Shown here piece after piece: positions 12,870-26,690 of a stretch of 64,000 bases of DNA. Under the pieces are notes generated by a model. That model did not search any database. It was not told where the DNA came from and saw only the letters and a list, made by a program, of their open reading frames with translations. Within the stretch, counting starts at the first letter, position 1; every line of letters starts with the position of its first letter. The DNA comes from Macrostomum lignano. Taxonomy: Eukaryota. The stretch lies in NCBI GenBank assembly GCA_002269645.1, contig NIVC01000485.1, positions 9,108 through 73,107 on the forward strand, read 5' to 3'. A program made the translations under genes and the position numbers.

Positions 12870-15344
12870 GATAATACAGATAATACTACAGATAATGGGC
12901 GTTGCTAGCACTTTCGGTGTTGTGATATTTTGGCTTTGTGATCGATTGTGATGCCCCCCCCCCACAAGTGAATATCAGTGTTTCTCCTACAATTATTATT
13001 TAATGTTCTCTGCTTTTGAAACTTCTTCCAAAAACAGCCAAAAGGCAAGAGAAGCGATAAGACTTGCTAATTGTCATAGAGATTAGATAGGGAGGGGCCT
13101 TATACATTTATCAGTGCAGTGCACTTAGCTATGAGATTTTCACAATATCTGAAGCACTTATTTAGCACAGTGCCTCAGAAAGTAAATGAAATGCAATAAG
13201 TCTGAGCTTACTAGTACATGCTTCACTGTACTATAACTGTTTAAAGGCTGTAATTACCATGGAAACGAGGCAGACAGTTTTGCAAATAAAGACAGCTTTA
13301 ATAATAGCAGTTCTAAAGAACAAGTGTTTAATACTTTGTGCGTGAATCAATGGCAATGGCAAAAATGGAAAACTATGAATTATACTATAATAACAATTTT
13401 TATTTTGAAGGAAATGGTCATATTTCTTAGTAGGGCCATATTAAGAGTGTCATATCAATTTCACAGAAAATTTGCACCCTGAGAAACCAGGGATTTTTTG
13501 GCTAAAACCCTAGGGTAAGGTCCCTAATAAAGAATGTATAGACATAAAAAATGTATCCATTCAAAGTTCAAAACCAAAAGATTAAAGAAAGCTACAGATG
13601 TGTAGTAGTTTGACTTTGTACATTAAAAGTTGTCAAACTCTAGCCTGTGGGTCCTTTGAAACTTCACAATAGCAATCTAAACTTACTTAAGGTTGTGTCT
13701 TTTATCAGCTCCCTACTTTCCAATTTCTTCCTCTCTCTTTCATTCTTTTTTTTTTTTTTTTGTCTCTTTATTCCTCTTTCTAATTTTTTCCTTTTTTCCA
13801 TTTCTATATTTGAATTCCTAAGTATGGCTATCTTTCTTCTCCTATATTCCCTAACTTATTTTCCTATCTGTTTTCTTTCTCCTCTTTTCCCTTTTTCTAA
13901 CCATTAGCAAATGTTTATTTGACTGCGTAACTGCTAGTATAGTAATAATATTATGTAAAGTATAAAACTCACTAGAAGAAAAATAAATAGCTCCCTAGGG
14001 TTAGCATCCCTAGGCCACATCATTATAGTAAAAGTCACAATAAGAAATCTATCCTAACAAAATCTACAATTCTATCAACTTTGCCTATCTATGATAATTG
14101 GCATATTTATAATTGTTATCAATTGTCTGTTTGGCATAACTATAATTATAATACAATTATATTAATTAGAATATTATTGTATTCATAGTCTGGATCATGT
14201 TGTCTATATACCTAAACAAAAATTGAATAAATTTATAAATGCACACCAAAAATATTTGAGTGCATACCTACACTCCCAAATAGTGCTGCCACTCAACATA
14301 ATTATTTTTTGCACAGGGTAAAAAAATTGCCTAGATAGAAACCAAAGCTGATTGTTAGTAAAATGAAGAAAAAAATTAAGAAATTCAGTCTAAGGACTCC
14401 AGCATCCTTTTTTCTTGTCATATTTTTTCTAAGTCAAAACTTTCAAATCCTTAAAAACTCTTTCCTAAATGAATCAAATGATAAATCAAATGCTTAATTT
14501 TTGAAAATGAACAAAGTAGTATGAAAATTGCGTGTTTTATTTTAAGTGCAAACAAAGAGTAGCCATAACTGAAAAGTGAAATATCAATTTATCATCATTT
14601 GAAGTGGAATTGAACATTTTGCTACTGACAGATTTTTAACAATCCAAAGTCTGATTTGCATAGAAATTTAAGGTCTTGCATATTATTTGCACATTTGTGC
14701 AGAAAATTAAATCTTGCACACTGCGAAAAATTTGCGCAGCTGTGGCAGCACTGCTTTTAAATCTAGGCTAGTGTTAGAACAATAAATGACCTTTTTTGTT
14801 TTGAATAAATGACCTTTTTGGCTAATAATTTAGTTGACTATTTTTATCTTTTTTGCTTATACTATTTTACTTGTAGCAGAAAATTGATACCCATAAACAT
14901 TTGTTCAAATGCCTTATTACAAGCTTAAAAACTGGAAGAAAGCTTAAAATTTATGCAAAATTTGATTCTTTAAAATGCATACCAAGTGTATATATATATT
15001 ATTTTCTTAGGAGGAGTAATACGCACAAACTATACATGTCTATTTTTTGGCATACAAGGACAATGTACACCCAAATTTTTTGGGCATATATTATAAGACC
15101 CAAATGGCTAAAGTGTGGCCATTGCCCATTGGCTAAATAAAACAAATGCTAAATAAAACAAAAAATTAAGCATGTCTACAACTGTTTCAATTGATCAATA
15201 ACTATTGAATAAGCCTAGTTTAATACTTGATCAACAAAATTTTTCTTTATTCTATCTGTTTTTCATGTGCCATTTGACATATGCTGATATGCCTAGCTTA
15301 GACTTAGACCCCGAACTATTTCCTAATATAGTAATAGTAATAGG

Positions 15345-15520
15345 GTTTAGTGCTCCGCCGTAGCCGTAGCTACGGCTACGGGATCCTACGGCAAATACGG
15401 TAAAATAGGTGCCTACGGCAGCTACGATACGCTACCGTAGTAGCTGCTCTTACGGCTACGTCTAATGGAAATATGGTATTTGCTGTCACATTCCGTAGAT
15501 TCCCGTAGCCATAGTTATTA
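15345..15520. mobile_element. CTACGG/CCGTAG-repeat element end, related in opposite orientation to ~290-410
   Basis: tagtgctccgccgtagccgtag resembles the reverse complement of ctacggctacgg...cagcggaacacta near 355-403. Confidence 0.4.
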
Positions 15521-15664
15521 ATGTTAAAAATTGATAAAAATATTAGAAACAGGTAGAGTAAAACAAATATACATTTAGTAAACTGTATTATCAACCTAGA
15601 AACTTATAGAATATACCTGAAAAAGTAACAATAAAACACTAGCAAACTCTAATTTTTATTAATG

Positions 15665-15679
15665 NNNNNNNNNNNNNNN
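15665..15679. other. Assembly gap (N run)
   Basis: 15 N bases; the right duplication arm starts immediately after them. Confidence 0.99.
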
Positions 15680-18030
15680 CTAGATAGTTAATTTAGTTTT
15701 TTAAAGGAAGGGGTGGTTGATCAATACAAGGGCAATAAAATAATTAAAGTGACAAGAGGCCAACACAGAGGGAGGGGGAGGCAAGAAAAGAAAGATAAGG
15801 GGGTTGAAAACGGATCGATAATTTCAATACCCCCTAGGCCTACAAGAACATCAGTTGTTCACTGATTATGTAGGACGAAGGGACAGAACGAGAGGGAAAG
15901 GGTGCAGGCACGATTTTCGCGACCATATACTCATAAAAAGCGACGCGTCAATCCAAAGTCCAAACGAAAGGACGTGCAAAACTTTTTTCAGAGCGCGTAA
16001 AGCTGGCAGAAAGTAATTTGCGAGTTTTTGTGAAAGAGAGAACCCTCAAGGGAGACTTATCACAAAGACTGGGTGAATTTTTGTAGGCCCAATCTTTGGC
16101 TTAGAAATCACTGCTATATACTGCTAGCCAAGCACCTGTTACTGCTTTCTCACTTCTCAGTACTTTTTTTGTTTTTTTATTGCCGTAGCCCGGTAGCTAG
16201 TTGTTTTTGTTTTAATATATACCTGAATCCCTAGACCGATTCACGTGATTTTCCGCCCTTAAATTTGAACTGCTTACCTAATCAGGCAGAGTGAGAGAAG
16301 GGAGGAAAACACTCTGTGTACTTTTATTGTTTCACTAAAACCTAGCTTTACGCATTACACATTTTGCTAAAATCCTGTGCTCAAGCTCATTGTGTGTGTG
16401 GTGTGCCCACAGTAAATCCGTGCGAGTCCAGCACACTGTTTACTCTTATTTTCTCTCTTACCCCCTTATATCTCTCCTATACTCATGTTCTGCTAGCACT
16501 GAGCTAACATTGTCTGCCTGTTAGACTTTATTCATGCCGTTGCTAGGGCGTTGTCAGGTGGGGGGGGAGAGGGCTTTTTTGATAGGCTTAGTTCCGGCTG
16601 TGGAAGCACTGCACTAGAGCTTTTACTGCAGTCTGTATATTCCATACAATTAAATATGCAGTTTTTATTTAGTTTATCTTCGATTATGCTCGCAATTTTA
16701 ATTTTTCTCAAGACTTTTACCAATACTCATAAATAAGGTTGCCTTATTTATCTTTATAAGCCTGTTTTCTTGGTCTAATTATATTATATATAAAATATTA
16801 TATTATACACTCACCATACGCAATAGATAGTGACAGTCTGAGGTTACCTAATCGTTTTGCGCTTCAAAACATAATAGTTATATTTATCGCTAAAACATAA
16901 GAAAAGTATGTGCTCTCGTATCTTGAAATATTTTGAAAACACTTCTCAGATGTATCGTAGACAGATATGATATGTACGAGTATGTAGCATGTTACTGTCA
17001 TGTAAAGTTCTAAAAGGCCGATTGAAAAGCAGACAAACGGACACAAAGACAGACAGACAGAAACACACGAAACTAAAACAGACAGACAGACCACCAGGAC
17101 ACTAAGACAGACAGAAGCGCTAGACACGAATACGCACAGAAGCGCTAAGACACGAAGACAGACAGAAGCACGAAGACAGACAGAAGCACTAAAACACGAA
17201 GACAGACAGAAGCGCTAAGACACGAAGACAGACAGAAGCACTAAACCACGAAGACAGACAGAAGCACTAAACACGAAGACAGACAGAAGCGCTAAGACAC
17301 GAAGACAGACAGAAGCACTAAACCACGAAGACAGACAGAAGCGCTAAGACACGAAGACAGACAGAAGCTAAGACACGAAGACAGACAGAAGCACTAAACC
17401 ACGAAGACAGACAGAAGCACTAAGACACGAAGACAGACAGAAGCACTAAACCACGAAGACAGACAGAAGCACTAAACCACGAAGACAGACAGAAGCACTA
17501 AACCACGAAGACAGACAGAAGCACTAAGACACGAAGACAGACAGAAGCACTAAACACGAAGACAGACAGAAGCGCTAAGACACGAAGACAGACAGAAGCA
17601 CTAAGACACGAAGACAGACAGAAGCACTAAACACACGAAGACAGACAGAAGCACTAAGACACGAAGACAGACAGAAGCGCTAAGACACGAAGACAGACAG
17701 AAGCGCTAAGACACGAAGACAGACAGAAGCGCTAAGACACGAAGACAGACAGAAGCACTAAACCACGAAGACAGACAGAAGCACTAAGACACGAAGACAG
17801 ACAGAAGCGCTAAGACACGAAGACAGACAGAAGCACTAAGACACGAAGATGGACGGACAAGCAAACACTAAGACTCGAAGAGAGACAGACAAACAGATTT
17901 GTGTTCTATCTGTAGTGTTTCTGAATCTTTAATAATCATATAATAAAAGTATCTATAAAAAAACTAATTTTACAGCGCAATATTAGCAGTTGTGGCGTCC
18001 AATTCAGCATCCTTGACACCCAGCGGCAAC

Positions 18031-20723
18031 ATGCCGCCGGGTCAAAACGGCGGCCATGAGCACAGCACCGCCGCCCCTAACGGCGGCCATGAGCACAGCA
18101 CCGCCGCCCCTAACGGCGGCCATGAGCACAGCACCGCCGCCCCTAACGGCGGCCATGAGCACAGCACCGCCGCCCCAACGGTCATCGCCGACTAAAAAGC
18201 GACGCCGGGCCGCTCAATAATCGTCATCACAACCACGCATCGTCTACTGATAAGTCAGCCGCGGTGGCTCGAGCGCATTCGTTTGCGCCTGGACCTCGCG
18301 TCGTGCCTCGTCATCATCAGCACCATCAGCAGCAGAACCAACACGGAGCAGCTCTGGGCCATCGGCGAATGCACAGCTGCCCGCCGACTCCGCACCACAG
18401 CTGTTTCTTCCAGGCCTGGCCATCCTGCCTGGAGGCTTCAACACCGAGTCAATCGTTGACAATCGACAGGATCAGCATCAGCATGGCAACAGTCGAGCTC
18501 GAGACTACGAGTTGGCAGTCGGCGCCACCCAGCTAGAGACGCCAACAACTTCGGCTTCGGACGGAGACGATGTCGGAATTGTCAACGATGCTTCGGAGGC
18601 TACGACAACGACGACATCGACGGAGCCAGAGCTGGACCCGAAGCTCACCCAATGCGGCCTGTTCTGCTACCACCCTGCCTGTCTGCAGCCGCTCGCCCGC
18701 CCCCTGCCATTCCTTGTGTCCGTCATTGGCTTGTACTTTGTCCAAAGCTTCATAGTCAGCGGCTATATTAATAGCATCAATACTACTATTGAGCTGAGAT
18801 ACGGACTAACAACTAAAGAGATTGGCTACATATACGCGTCGTATGAAGTGTTCTGCATTGTGGCTACATTCTTCATATCGTATTTTGGTCACGGCGGCAA
18901 CAGATCCCGTCTATTGGGCATTGGCTGCGCAATCATTGGTATTGGATATTTTTTCTTTGCTTTTCCTCACTTCCTTGGCAGTGCCATTAGTAACACGGTG
19001 CCAGTGTCTGGTAATGCTTCCTCTTCTTCGACTGGCTCTTCTGCCTCCACGATTAGTAGCAGTGGAGTCAAGCTGTGCAGCGGGGGAGGCGGTGGCGGCA
19101 CTTCAGATATGAACTGTCAAGTGCAGGACTCAGCCTTGCTGATCCTATGCCTGAGCTTTGGTCTCATTGGCCTGGGCGCTAGCCCCGTGTACATCCTCGC
19201 CCCAACCTACCTGTGGGACAATGTACCTCAGAAGAGCTATCCTCTGTACGCGGCTTCGTTGCACATCACTAGCGCTCTTGGACCGGCTTGCGGCTTCCTA
19301 GGCGGCGCTGTGTTCCTGTCGTTGTACGTGAACTTTCCAAGCTCAGCGCCCGACGGTTTAACAACCAGCCATCCTCTATGGACGGGAGCCTGGTGGCTAG
19401 GATTCGTCATTTTCGCTGGTCTCGCTCTGCTGGTGGCTGTTCCTCTGCTGGCATTTCCAACTGTAATGCCGCACACTGCAGCGAAACGGTTGCAGAAGCA
19501 ACAACAGCAGCAGCAGCAGCAGCAGCAGCAAAAAGCGCAACGTTCAACGTCCTCTCTAGACGCCGACGAGTTGACGCGAAATTCTTCAACAACAAATAGC
19601 GACGCAGCGATTGTGTCTTCAACAAATGATGACGATGAAGAGCCTAACTCGTCTCTGGATCAGTCGGCAGCTTCTTTAAGTCCGGCTGAGAAGCCGCACA
19701 TTCGCGACATCCCAGCCGGTTTAAAGCGGCTGTTCAAAAACGCGTTATGGCTGTTTATCAGTCTGCTAATTGTGGCCGAGCAGTCTGTAGTACAAGCCTT
19801 CGTTGCTTACGTCAACAAGTACATGCAAAAGTCTTTTAATATCCCAGTGACGCAATCCAGCATCATCACAGGTTTGTGTCTTGATTTTTAAAATTCAATT
19901 CAGTGACTTCGTATATTTCGTTGACTAGCAGGTCCTTAAGTGTATATTTTGACAGATCCTTCAGTGTCCATCATGACACATCCTTCAGTGTCCCATCATG
20001 ACACATCCTTCAGTGTCCATCATGACACATCCTTCAGTGTCCCATCATGACACATCCTTCAGTGTCCCATCATGACACATCCTTCAGTGTCCCATCATGA
20101 CACATCCTTCAGTGTCCCATCATGACACATCCTTCAGTGTCCATCTCAACACATCCTTCAGTGTCCATCCCGACAGATCCTCGTTTAACTCCCATTCTGA
20201 CACCACCAGCTTCGGTTTAACAAACTTGCTCCCCCAAAACTACTACCAGGCGCTCTCGTCATTCCTAGCGCCGTGATTGGCATCGGCGCCGGGGCTTTAA
20301 TAATGCGCCGCTATAGGCCTAGCAACAAATCGGTGAGCCTACTCATGATGGGCCTGTGCGCCGCTACCACATTGCTCACTATTGGCCTGGCATTTTGCAC
20401 CTGTCCGAATGTCAGCATGGCGGGACTGAATGCTCAGTATGGCATCCCGGCTACTAGCGGTGCGGCAGCTTCATCATCAACAGCTGCTGCTCAGTTGCAG
20501 CTAAATGTGAGCTGCAATGCCGCCTGCCATTGCGGCAGTCTCAGCTACGATCCGGCTTGCGATGCTGTGAGTTTTTGTTCATTCTTCTGCTTTTGTGACA
20601 TACAAGCTATCTTCAGTTGCTTCTGGTTTCTTGTGGATCATTTCCACTTACTTTTCACTACTAGGTTTAATTTATGAGTGTAAGATGATCTTGAAAACTG
20701 TGATTGGTCAGTTCGTCAGTTAA

Positions 20724-20784
<61 letters not shown>

Positions 20785-20821
20785 CAGTTAGTTAGTTAGT
20801 TAGTCAGTTAGTTAGTTAGTC

Positions 20822-20876
<55 letters not shown>

Positions 20877-20941
20877 CAGTTAGTTAGTTAGTTAGTTAGT
20901 TAGTCAGTTAGTTAGTTAGTCAGTTAGTTAGTTAGTTAGTC

Positions 20942-21016
<75 letters not shown>

Positions 21017-21019
21017 CAA

Positions 21020-21051
<32 letters not shown>

Positions 21052-22039
21052 AAGTTAGTCACTTAGTTAATTAGTCAGTTAAATAGTTAGTTAATTAGTC
21101 GGTTAGTCAGTTAGTTAGTTAGTTAGTTAATTATTCGGTTTGTTAGTCAGTCAGCCAGTTCGCAAGAGGTACTTCCACACTGTCACAAATCAAGGCCACG
21201 GCCGACCCGCAACCAGGTTAATCTTATTATTTTTGTTATTATCGCTTACTGACAAGTAGTGATTGAAGAGTGTAAAGCGATTGATTGTATGCTTATAGAC
21301 CACAAATTTGACACGTTTTCGCAATGTAAAGTTCAACTCGCCCCACCCTACTCAGCTCACGGGAACAACCTACTTCACGCCGTGCCACGCCGGCTGTCAA
21401 TCAAAGCAGTCCTCGACAGGGTCGAGCGATTCCTGGAATTACACCGACTGCTCATGCGTTCCCATAGCAACCAATGCCAGTCTGCCCGGTGGTTACGTCA
21501 CTGGCGGTAAATGTACGGCTGCTTGCTACACGTTTGGCCCGTTCTGTGCACTGCTGTTCATCATTGTGCTGCTGACCGCCTGCGGCTACGAGCCCAGCCA
21601 CATCCTCACTTTGTCCTGCGTCTCCGAGTCAGACAGCAGCTTCGCATTGGGCATTCAAAATATTCTGCAACGTTTATTAGCCTTCATACCGGCCCCGATC
21701 TACTTTGGCAGCCTGTTCGATTTCAACTGCCTGATGCGTTCGTCCGATTCGGCTTGCAGCAACGCCGACGCCTCGGCGTGCATGGAGTACGACTTGACCA
21801 GACTGCCCTACATGTGGATTGGCGTCATTCTGGGATTGAAAGTTGTCGGCTTCCTGTTTGCCAGCGCGTGCTTTCTGGTTAGTCGGGCTAGTCGAGCTGT
21901 TGATCTGCTGGACGTTGCGGCCGATGCCACAGTTGCTATGGAGAAGGATGGTGGCGCCATGTCGGCTTCGACAAAGACTGCAGTTCAAATTGGTGCCTAT
22001 AGTTCTAAGACTGATGTTGACGGAAATCACGTAGCCTGA
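18031..22039 (+). CDS. OATP/SLCO organic anion transporter, 3 exons (18031-19871, 20250-20566, 21356-22039); two N-terminal indels
   Basis: Splices read ITG|ALVIP and YDPACDA|LTGTTYFTPCHAGC (Kazal-like loop), ending in the C-terminal AFIPAPIYFGSLFDFNC motif. Relative to the left copy there is a 1-nt loss at ~18175 and a 2-nt gain at ~18397. Confidence 0.88.
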
Positions 22040-24831
22040 GTGATTGAGCGGGTGAAGCTACCGATTCTGAAGGGAGATATATACGGGGTGTCTCAATAAA
22101 ATGTGACCACAGTTATTGTATACCAGGGACACTCCATCTTATCGGCTGCGTTCGAAACTCAACTAGAAGAGCTGACAATTGGAAATGGGTTTGCATTTTG
22201 ACTGCCGCCTTGCATGTATTGCCTCAGACAACAACAGCCCTGCCATGGGGCTCCCATTTCATGGACGACAGCATCTAAATTGGGGTCCATTGTTATTGAG
22301 ATACCCGTTATATTGCCTTTTTTATCATGCTAAAAGTGATAAAATAACGAAAAGCCTATTGGATAAAGGTAGGTTTGGCCATAGACAGCAGACAGCAGCC
22401 ATAGACATCCTCACCGGCTTTCGGCTCATTTCTAAGAAAAGCAGCACAGAATGTTCCGTGATAAAATAAAGTTTATCAGTCAGAAATTTGCATGTTGTCT
22501 ATGGCCCAACCTACTATTTTCATAGAGTTTTTTATGAAGCTCGACGATTTTAGCTGAAAACCTCTATTTAACTGTATCTCTTAGAGATTGAGAAATGGTT
22601 CTGTTTTGGTTTTTTGACACTATTTTAATCCTTAGATTAAGAGAGCTATTTTTACAAGTGTGATATGTCATCAGATGAGATTTTACCTATGCAAAATTTT
22701 ATGCGTGCCTTGTTTCAGTGAATTGACTAATTGATGCCATCCATTCATCCTTGCCATGACGCCTATCTGTCACATGTACTTTGCTAGATAGTGCAAGCTA
22801 TACACATTCTTAAAAAATTTCATTTCGGATTTTTTTTAATTCCAAGACTTTTAGATACTTTTCTTACTCTGATAACAGTCCCCCCCGTTTGATATAACAT
22901 GTACATTATGCCATGTAATCTGTACAGTATTTCCCTATCCAAGCACCGCTTTATCCAGGTAAAATTTTTGTGTGTTCTACTTCACTAGTTTTGAGTTGTT
23001 ATTCGCTTTGTTTTTTTTAAAATGACTCTTATTGAAAACTGATGTTTTAATCCGAGCTTTATCTTAGTAAATTGCTTAGCACTAGTATGTGTTGCTGTGC
23101 GTTTCAAATGGTTAAATGGGTTATTGTATTTTTTCAGTGATACATTAACTACTTCATCAAAGATAATGCTCATTAGTAACTTATCAACTTAGGGCATTTG
23201 TTTTTTTTGAGCAAAACTCCATGGCTATACAGACTTCAGTACTTATCAGATATTTATGAATTTCGTAGCTTAATGCGGTATTGTGAACCTTCTATCTATA
23301 CGCCTGTTGTTCAGACCAAACCAACATTCCAAGATTTTACAGAATTCTTGTCTTATTTTCTTATGTCTGTCACGAACGAGTTTTTCCTTGCACAACTCTG
23401 AACTGTTTTCAGAATTTGTTTTACAATCCAAGCTGACCTTTAATGATAGATTCTGTTAATCATTCAATATTTAAAACTCTTATTGGTTAACTTTTCTGAC
23501 ATATATAAGGATGTAGCAAGTACCTAAAGTTGCACGTGGTACTGCCATACTTTTTAACACAATATTAAACTATTAAATATATTATTTATGACTCAGTGGC
23601 TTTGGATTTGTTTGTTTAAAAAGTTGTTTTTTGAAAAATCAATCATATGAGGATGGAATTTACAACGAAAACTTTATTTTTTCGCATCAATATGGCACGC
23701 TTGGGTAAAATGCTACATACTACTTCTATGTATTGTACTTACACAAACAAGTTATATACACATAGCTCACTTAGCTAACTTTGTTCATCAGACTTGTCCT
23801 AAGTACTGCAAAGTAACATGATTTCAATATTAATCAATAATATTTGATAAATCGAATATTACTACTAATAAGTAGCACGAGTTATATTTGTTATTTTATA
23901 CTCTAAAACTTAAAACATTCATTCGTTTAATTGAATTAAATTTGAATTCGTGCCAACAGTTTAACACAATCACTATTAACTAATGTAAGATGTAAGAAAT
24001 GTGTTGCCATTGGACTTAACATCATTAAAAGATAAGGTAAGTTACTGGTAATATATTAGCTGGCGCTACAGATATCATCGATTTGTTGTGAGCTGTTGGT
24101 TACGGCGGAACTCCATTTGCTACTGAAAATAGTACATGTAGTTAAGCGCATTTTTGCCAAGTGACATCAAGTATTCTACTAGCTCTTATCTGTGGCAATG
24201 ACCTTTTTAGTGCGAAATTATAGTAAATTGAAACTTTTAAACTCAATTCAAATTCAGTTCCGATCGTCACCTTTAGCCGAAAAACGAACTGCATTCTGCT
24301 TAATTAGCCGCTTCTCGTCCGCAAAATTTACGAGCGAACATGTAAAATATATCCAAGCGGAAATTACGCTTTGACTATGCAGAATAATCTCACTCATTCT
24401 TTTTCTCAGCCATCTAGCCTAGACTACCTTTATTCTCCAGCGGCCTAGCCAGTGATTTGAGCGCCGAGACATGTGCTAAAAATAGCACAGCCTTGAGCGG
24501 TCAACCCCCCCCCTCCCATGCCAGTGTGCCCCTTGGAATTTCCAAAGAAAAGCGAAGCTGGCAATTTCTCAGTTTCAGCTCCGGTTTTTCATCCGCCAAT
24601 CAGAGACCAAAAGGAAGAGAAGACGCCTGTGATGTCAGCCTATTGAATGGAAACTATTTTAAGCTATTTTTGCAGTCTTTGCGGCAGAAACGTAAAGCGG
24701 ACAGGTCTCGATTGGAATTTCCAACGCTCACGCCTGGCAGACCCCGGGAACCAACGGTTGCATAAAAAAGCGGCTCAATTCAATGAAATGCAGCCGTTCC
24801 CCAACTGAAAATCGTTATTCAAATAATTCAA

Positions 24832-26485
24832 ATGGAAACTGGAAAACTGCTTCCTGGCTGCCTGCTGCTGCTGCTGCTGCTTCTGCTGTCTTCAGCAGCT
24901 CACGGCTTGCCTGCTGCATCTTCTTCGGACAGCCAGAAGCTCCAGCAGGCACGGAGCTTCTGTGCAGCCTGGCGGCGCAGCGAGGCGCTGAATCGTCGAA
25001 CTTCCATCTACCAGACCGGCCTGGTTGAGAAGTACCTGCTGGACTCGCTGACTGACCTGCAGGACTTCGAGACCGAGCTGTTGGAGAGGCGGCTGCTGGG
25101 AAAGTCGGTGCAGCACCTGCGGCAGCGACATTCATCGAGACTGACGCGGCAATTCGGCTTCAAGACGGTGCAGCCGTTGAGAAGCCTCGCCGGCCTCGGC
25201 GCTGACGTCTTCCACAACGCGGCGACTGCGGCATTCCTGATGGAGCGGCTGCTGGCTGAGGAGTTGGCGTTGGAAGTCCGCGACAGGTGAGGCATCCTTC
25301 TTTAACTGCGGTGATCTTTGCATCAGATTTTGCGTTTTCTCGGAGCCACCTACATGTAGTTGGTCAGAAGAAGTGAATGAAATTCTCCGTTAAGGTTGAA
25401 TGAGCGCTTGAATCAGGCCCGCTGGGTCAGTCAGCAACTCAACAATCTGTATCAGAGTAGATCACACAACAAACTGCAACTCAACAACAATCTGTATCAA
25501 AGTAGATCACACAACAAACTGCAACCCAACAATTTGTATCAGAGTAGATCACACAACAAACTGCAACCCAACAATTTGTATCAGAGTAGATCACACAACA
25601 AACTGCAACTCAACAATCTGTATCAGAGTAGATCACACAACAAACTGCAACTCAACAACAATCTGTATCAGAGTAGATCACACAACAAACTGCAACCCAA
25701 CAATCTGTATCAGAGTAGATCACACAACAAACTGCAACTCAACAATCTGTATCAGAGTAGATCACACAACAAACTGCAACTCAACAACAATCTGTATCAG
25801 AGTAGATCACACAACAAACTGCAACCCAACAATCTGTATCAGAGTAGATCACACAACAAACTGCAACTCAACAATCTGTATCAGAGTAGATCACACAAAA
25901 AACTGCAACTCAACAATCTGTATCAGAGTAGATCACACAACAAACTGCAACTCAACAACAATCTGTATCAGAGTAGATCACACAACAAACTGCAACTCAA
26001 CAACAATCTGTATCAGAGTAGATCACACAACAAACTGCAACTCAACAACAATCTGTATCAGAGTAGATCACACAACAAACTGCAACTCAACAACAATCTG
26101 TATCAGAGTAGATCACACAACAAACTGCAACTCAACAATCTGTATCAGATCTGCCTGGGCCTCCTAAATCCACAGAGCCATCCACAAACTCTGCTCTCGC
26201 AGACGGTCATCAGCTCGATTCGCGGACGACCTCTCCTACACCAGGGACAGCCTAGTGACCGCCATGCATCACCAGCACGAGTTCCTGTACCGGTTGGGCC
26301 ACCGGTTCTCCTGGAGCGATCTGGGCCGGTACAGGGACCAGTTCAACAGGATCGAGAGGGTGCTGCACGGAGACCGCGAGGCTCGCTACCTGCGTGACTA
26401 CTTTATTGCTGGCATAGTTGCTGAGGCTGTTAATGAGACCGCGAGGGCTGTGCAGGTCCTGCGGCTGTGTCTGGGAGAGCAGTGA
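24832..26485 (+). CDS. Secreted 245-aa predicted helical protein, 2 exons (24832-25286, 26203-26485)
   Basis: Signal-peptide-like N-terminus (LLLLLLLLLSSAAHG). The phase-2 donor AG|GTGAG joins the acceptor ctcgcag|A to give an open frame through to TGA. Confidence 0.75.
25432..26148. repeat. 42-45-bp intronic minisatellite
   Basis: Unit aacaatctgtatcagagtagatcacacaacaaactgcaactc. Confidence 0.95.
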
Positions 26486-26690
26486 GCTGGAGTGAGCAGT
26501 GTGATGGAGTGAGCAGTGTGATGGAGTGAGCAGTGTGATGGAGTGAGCAGTGTGATGGAGTGAGCAGTGTGATGGAGTGAGCAGTGTGATGGAGTGAGCA
26601 GTGTGATGGAGTGAGCAGTGTGATGGAGTGAGCAGTGTGATGGAGTGAGCAGTGTGATGGAGTGAGCAGTGTGATGGAGTGAGCAGTGAC
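26486..26690. repeat. 17-bp minisatellite directly after the stop codon
   Basis: Unit gtgagcagtgtgatgga. Confidence 0.9.

Noticed and set aside
21166-21216. Possible extra OATP micro-exon (ag...AG|GTTAAT)
   Set aside because: Exon 2 joins exon 3 directly in phase 0 and restores the Kazal-like motif; the micro-exon would break the frame.
22082-22110. Tc1/mariner-like TIR start (ta-cggggtgtctcaataaaa)
   Set aside because: No partner inverted repeat or transposase was found, so it is not supportable.
25396-26397. 333-aa NNLYQSRSHNKLQL-repeat ORF
   Set aside because: Translation of an intronic minisatellite whose units are multiples of 3; it lies inside the intron of the secreted-protein gene.
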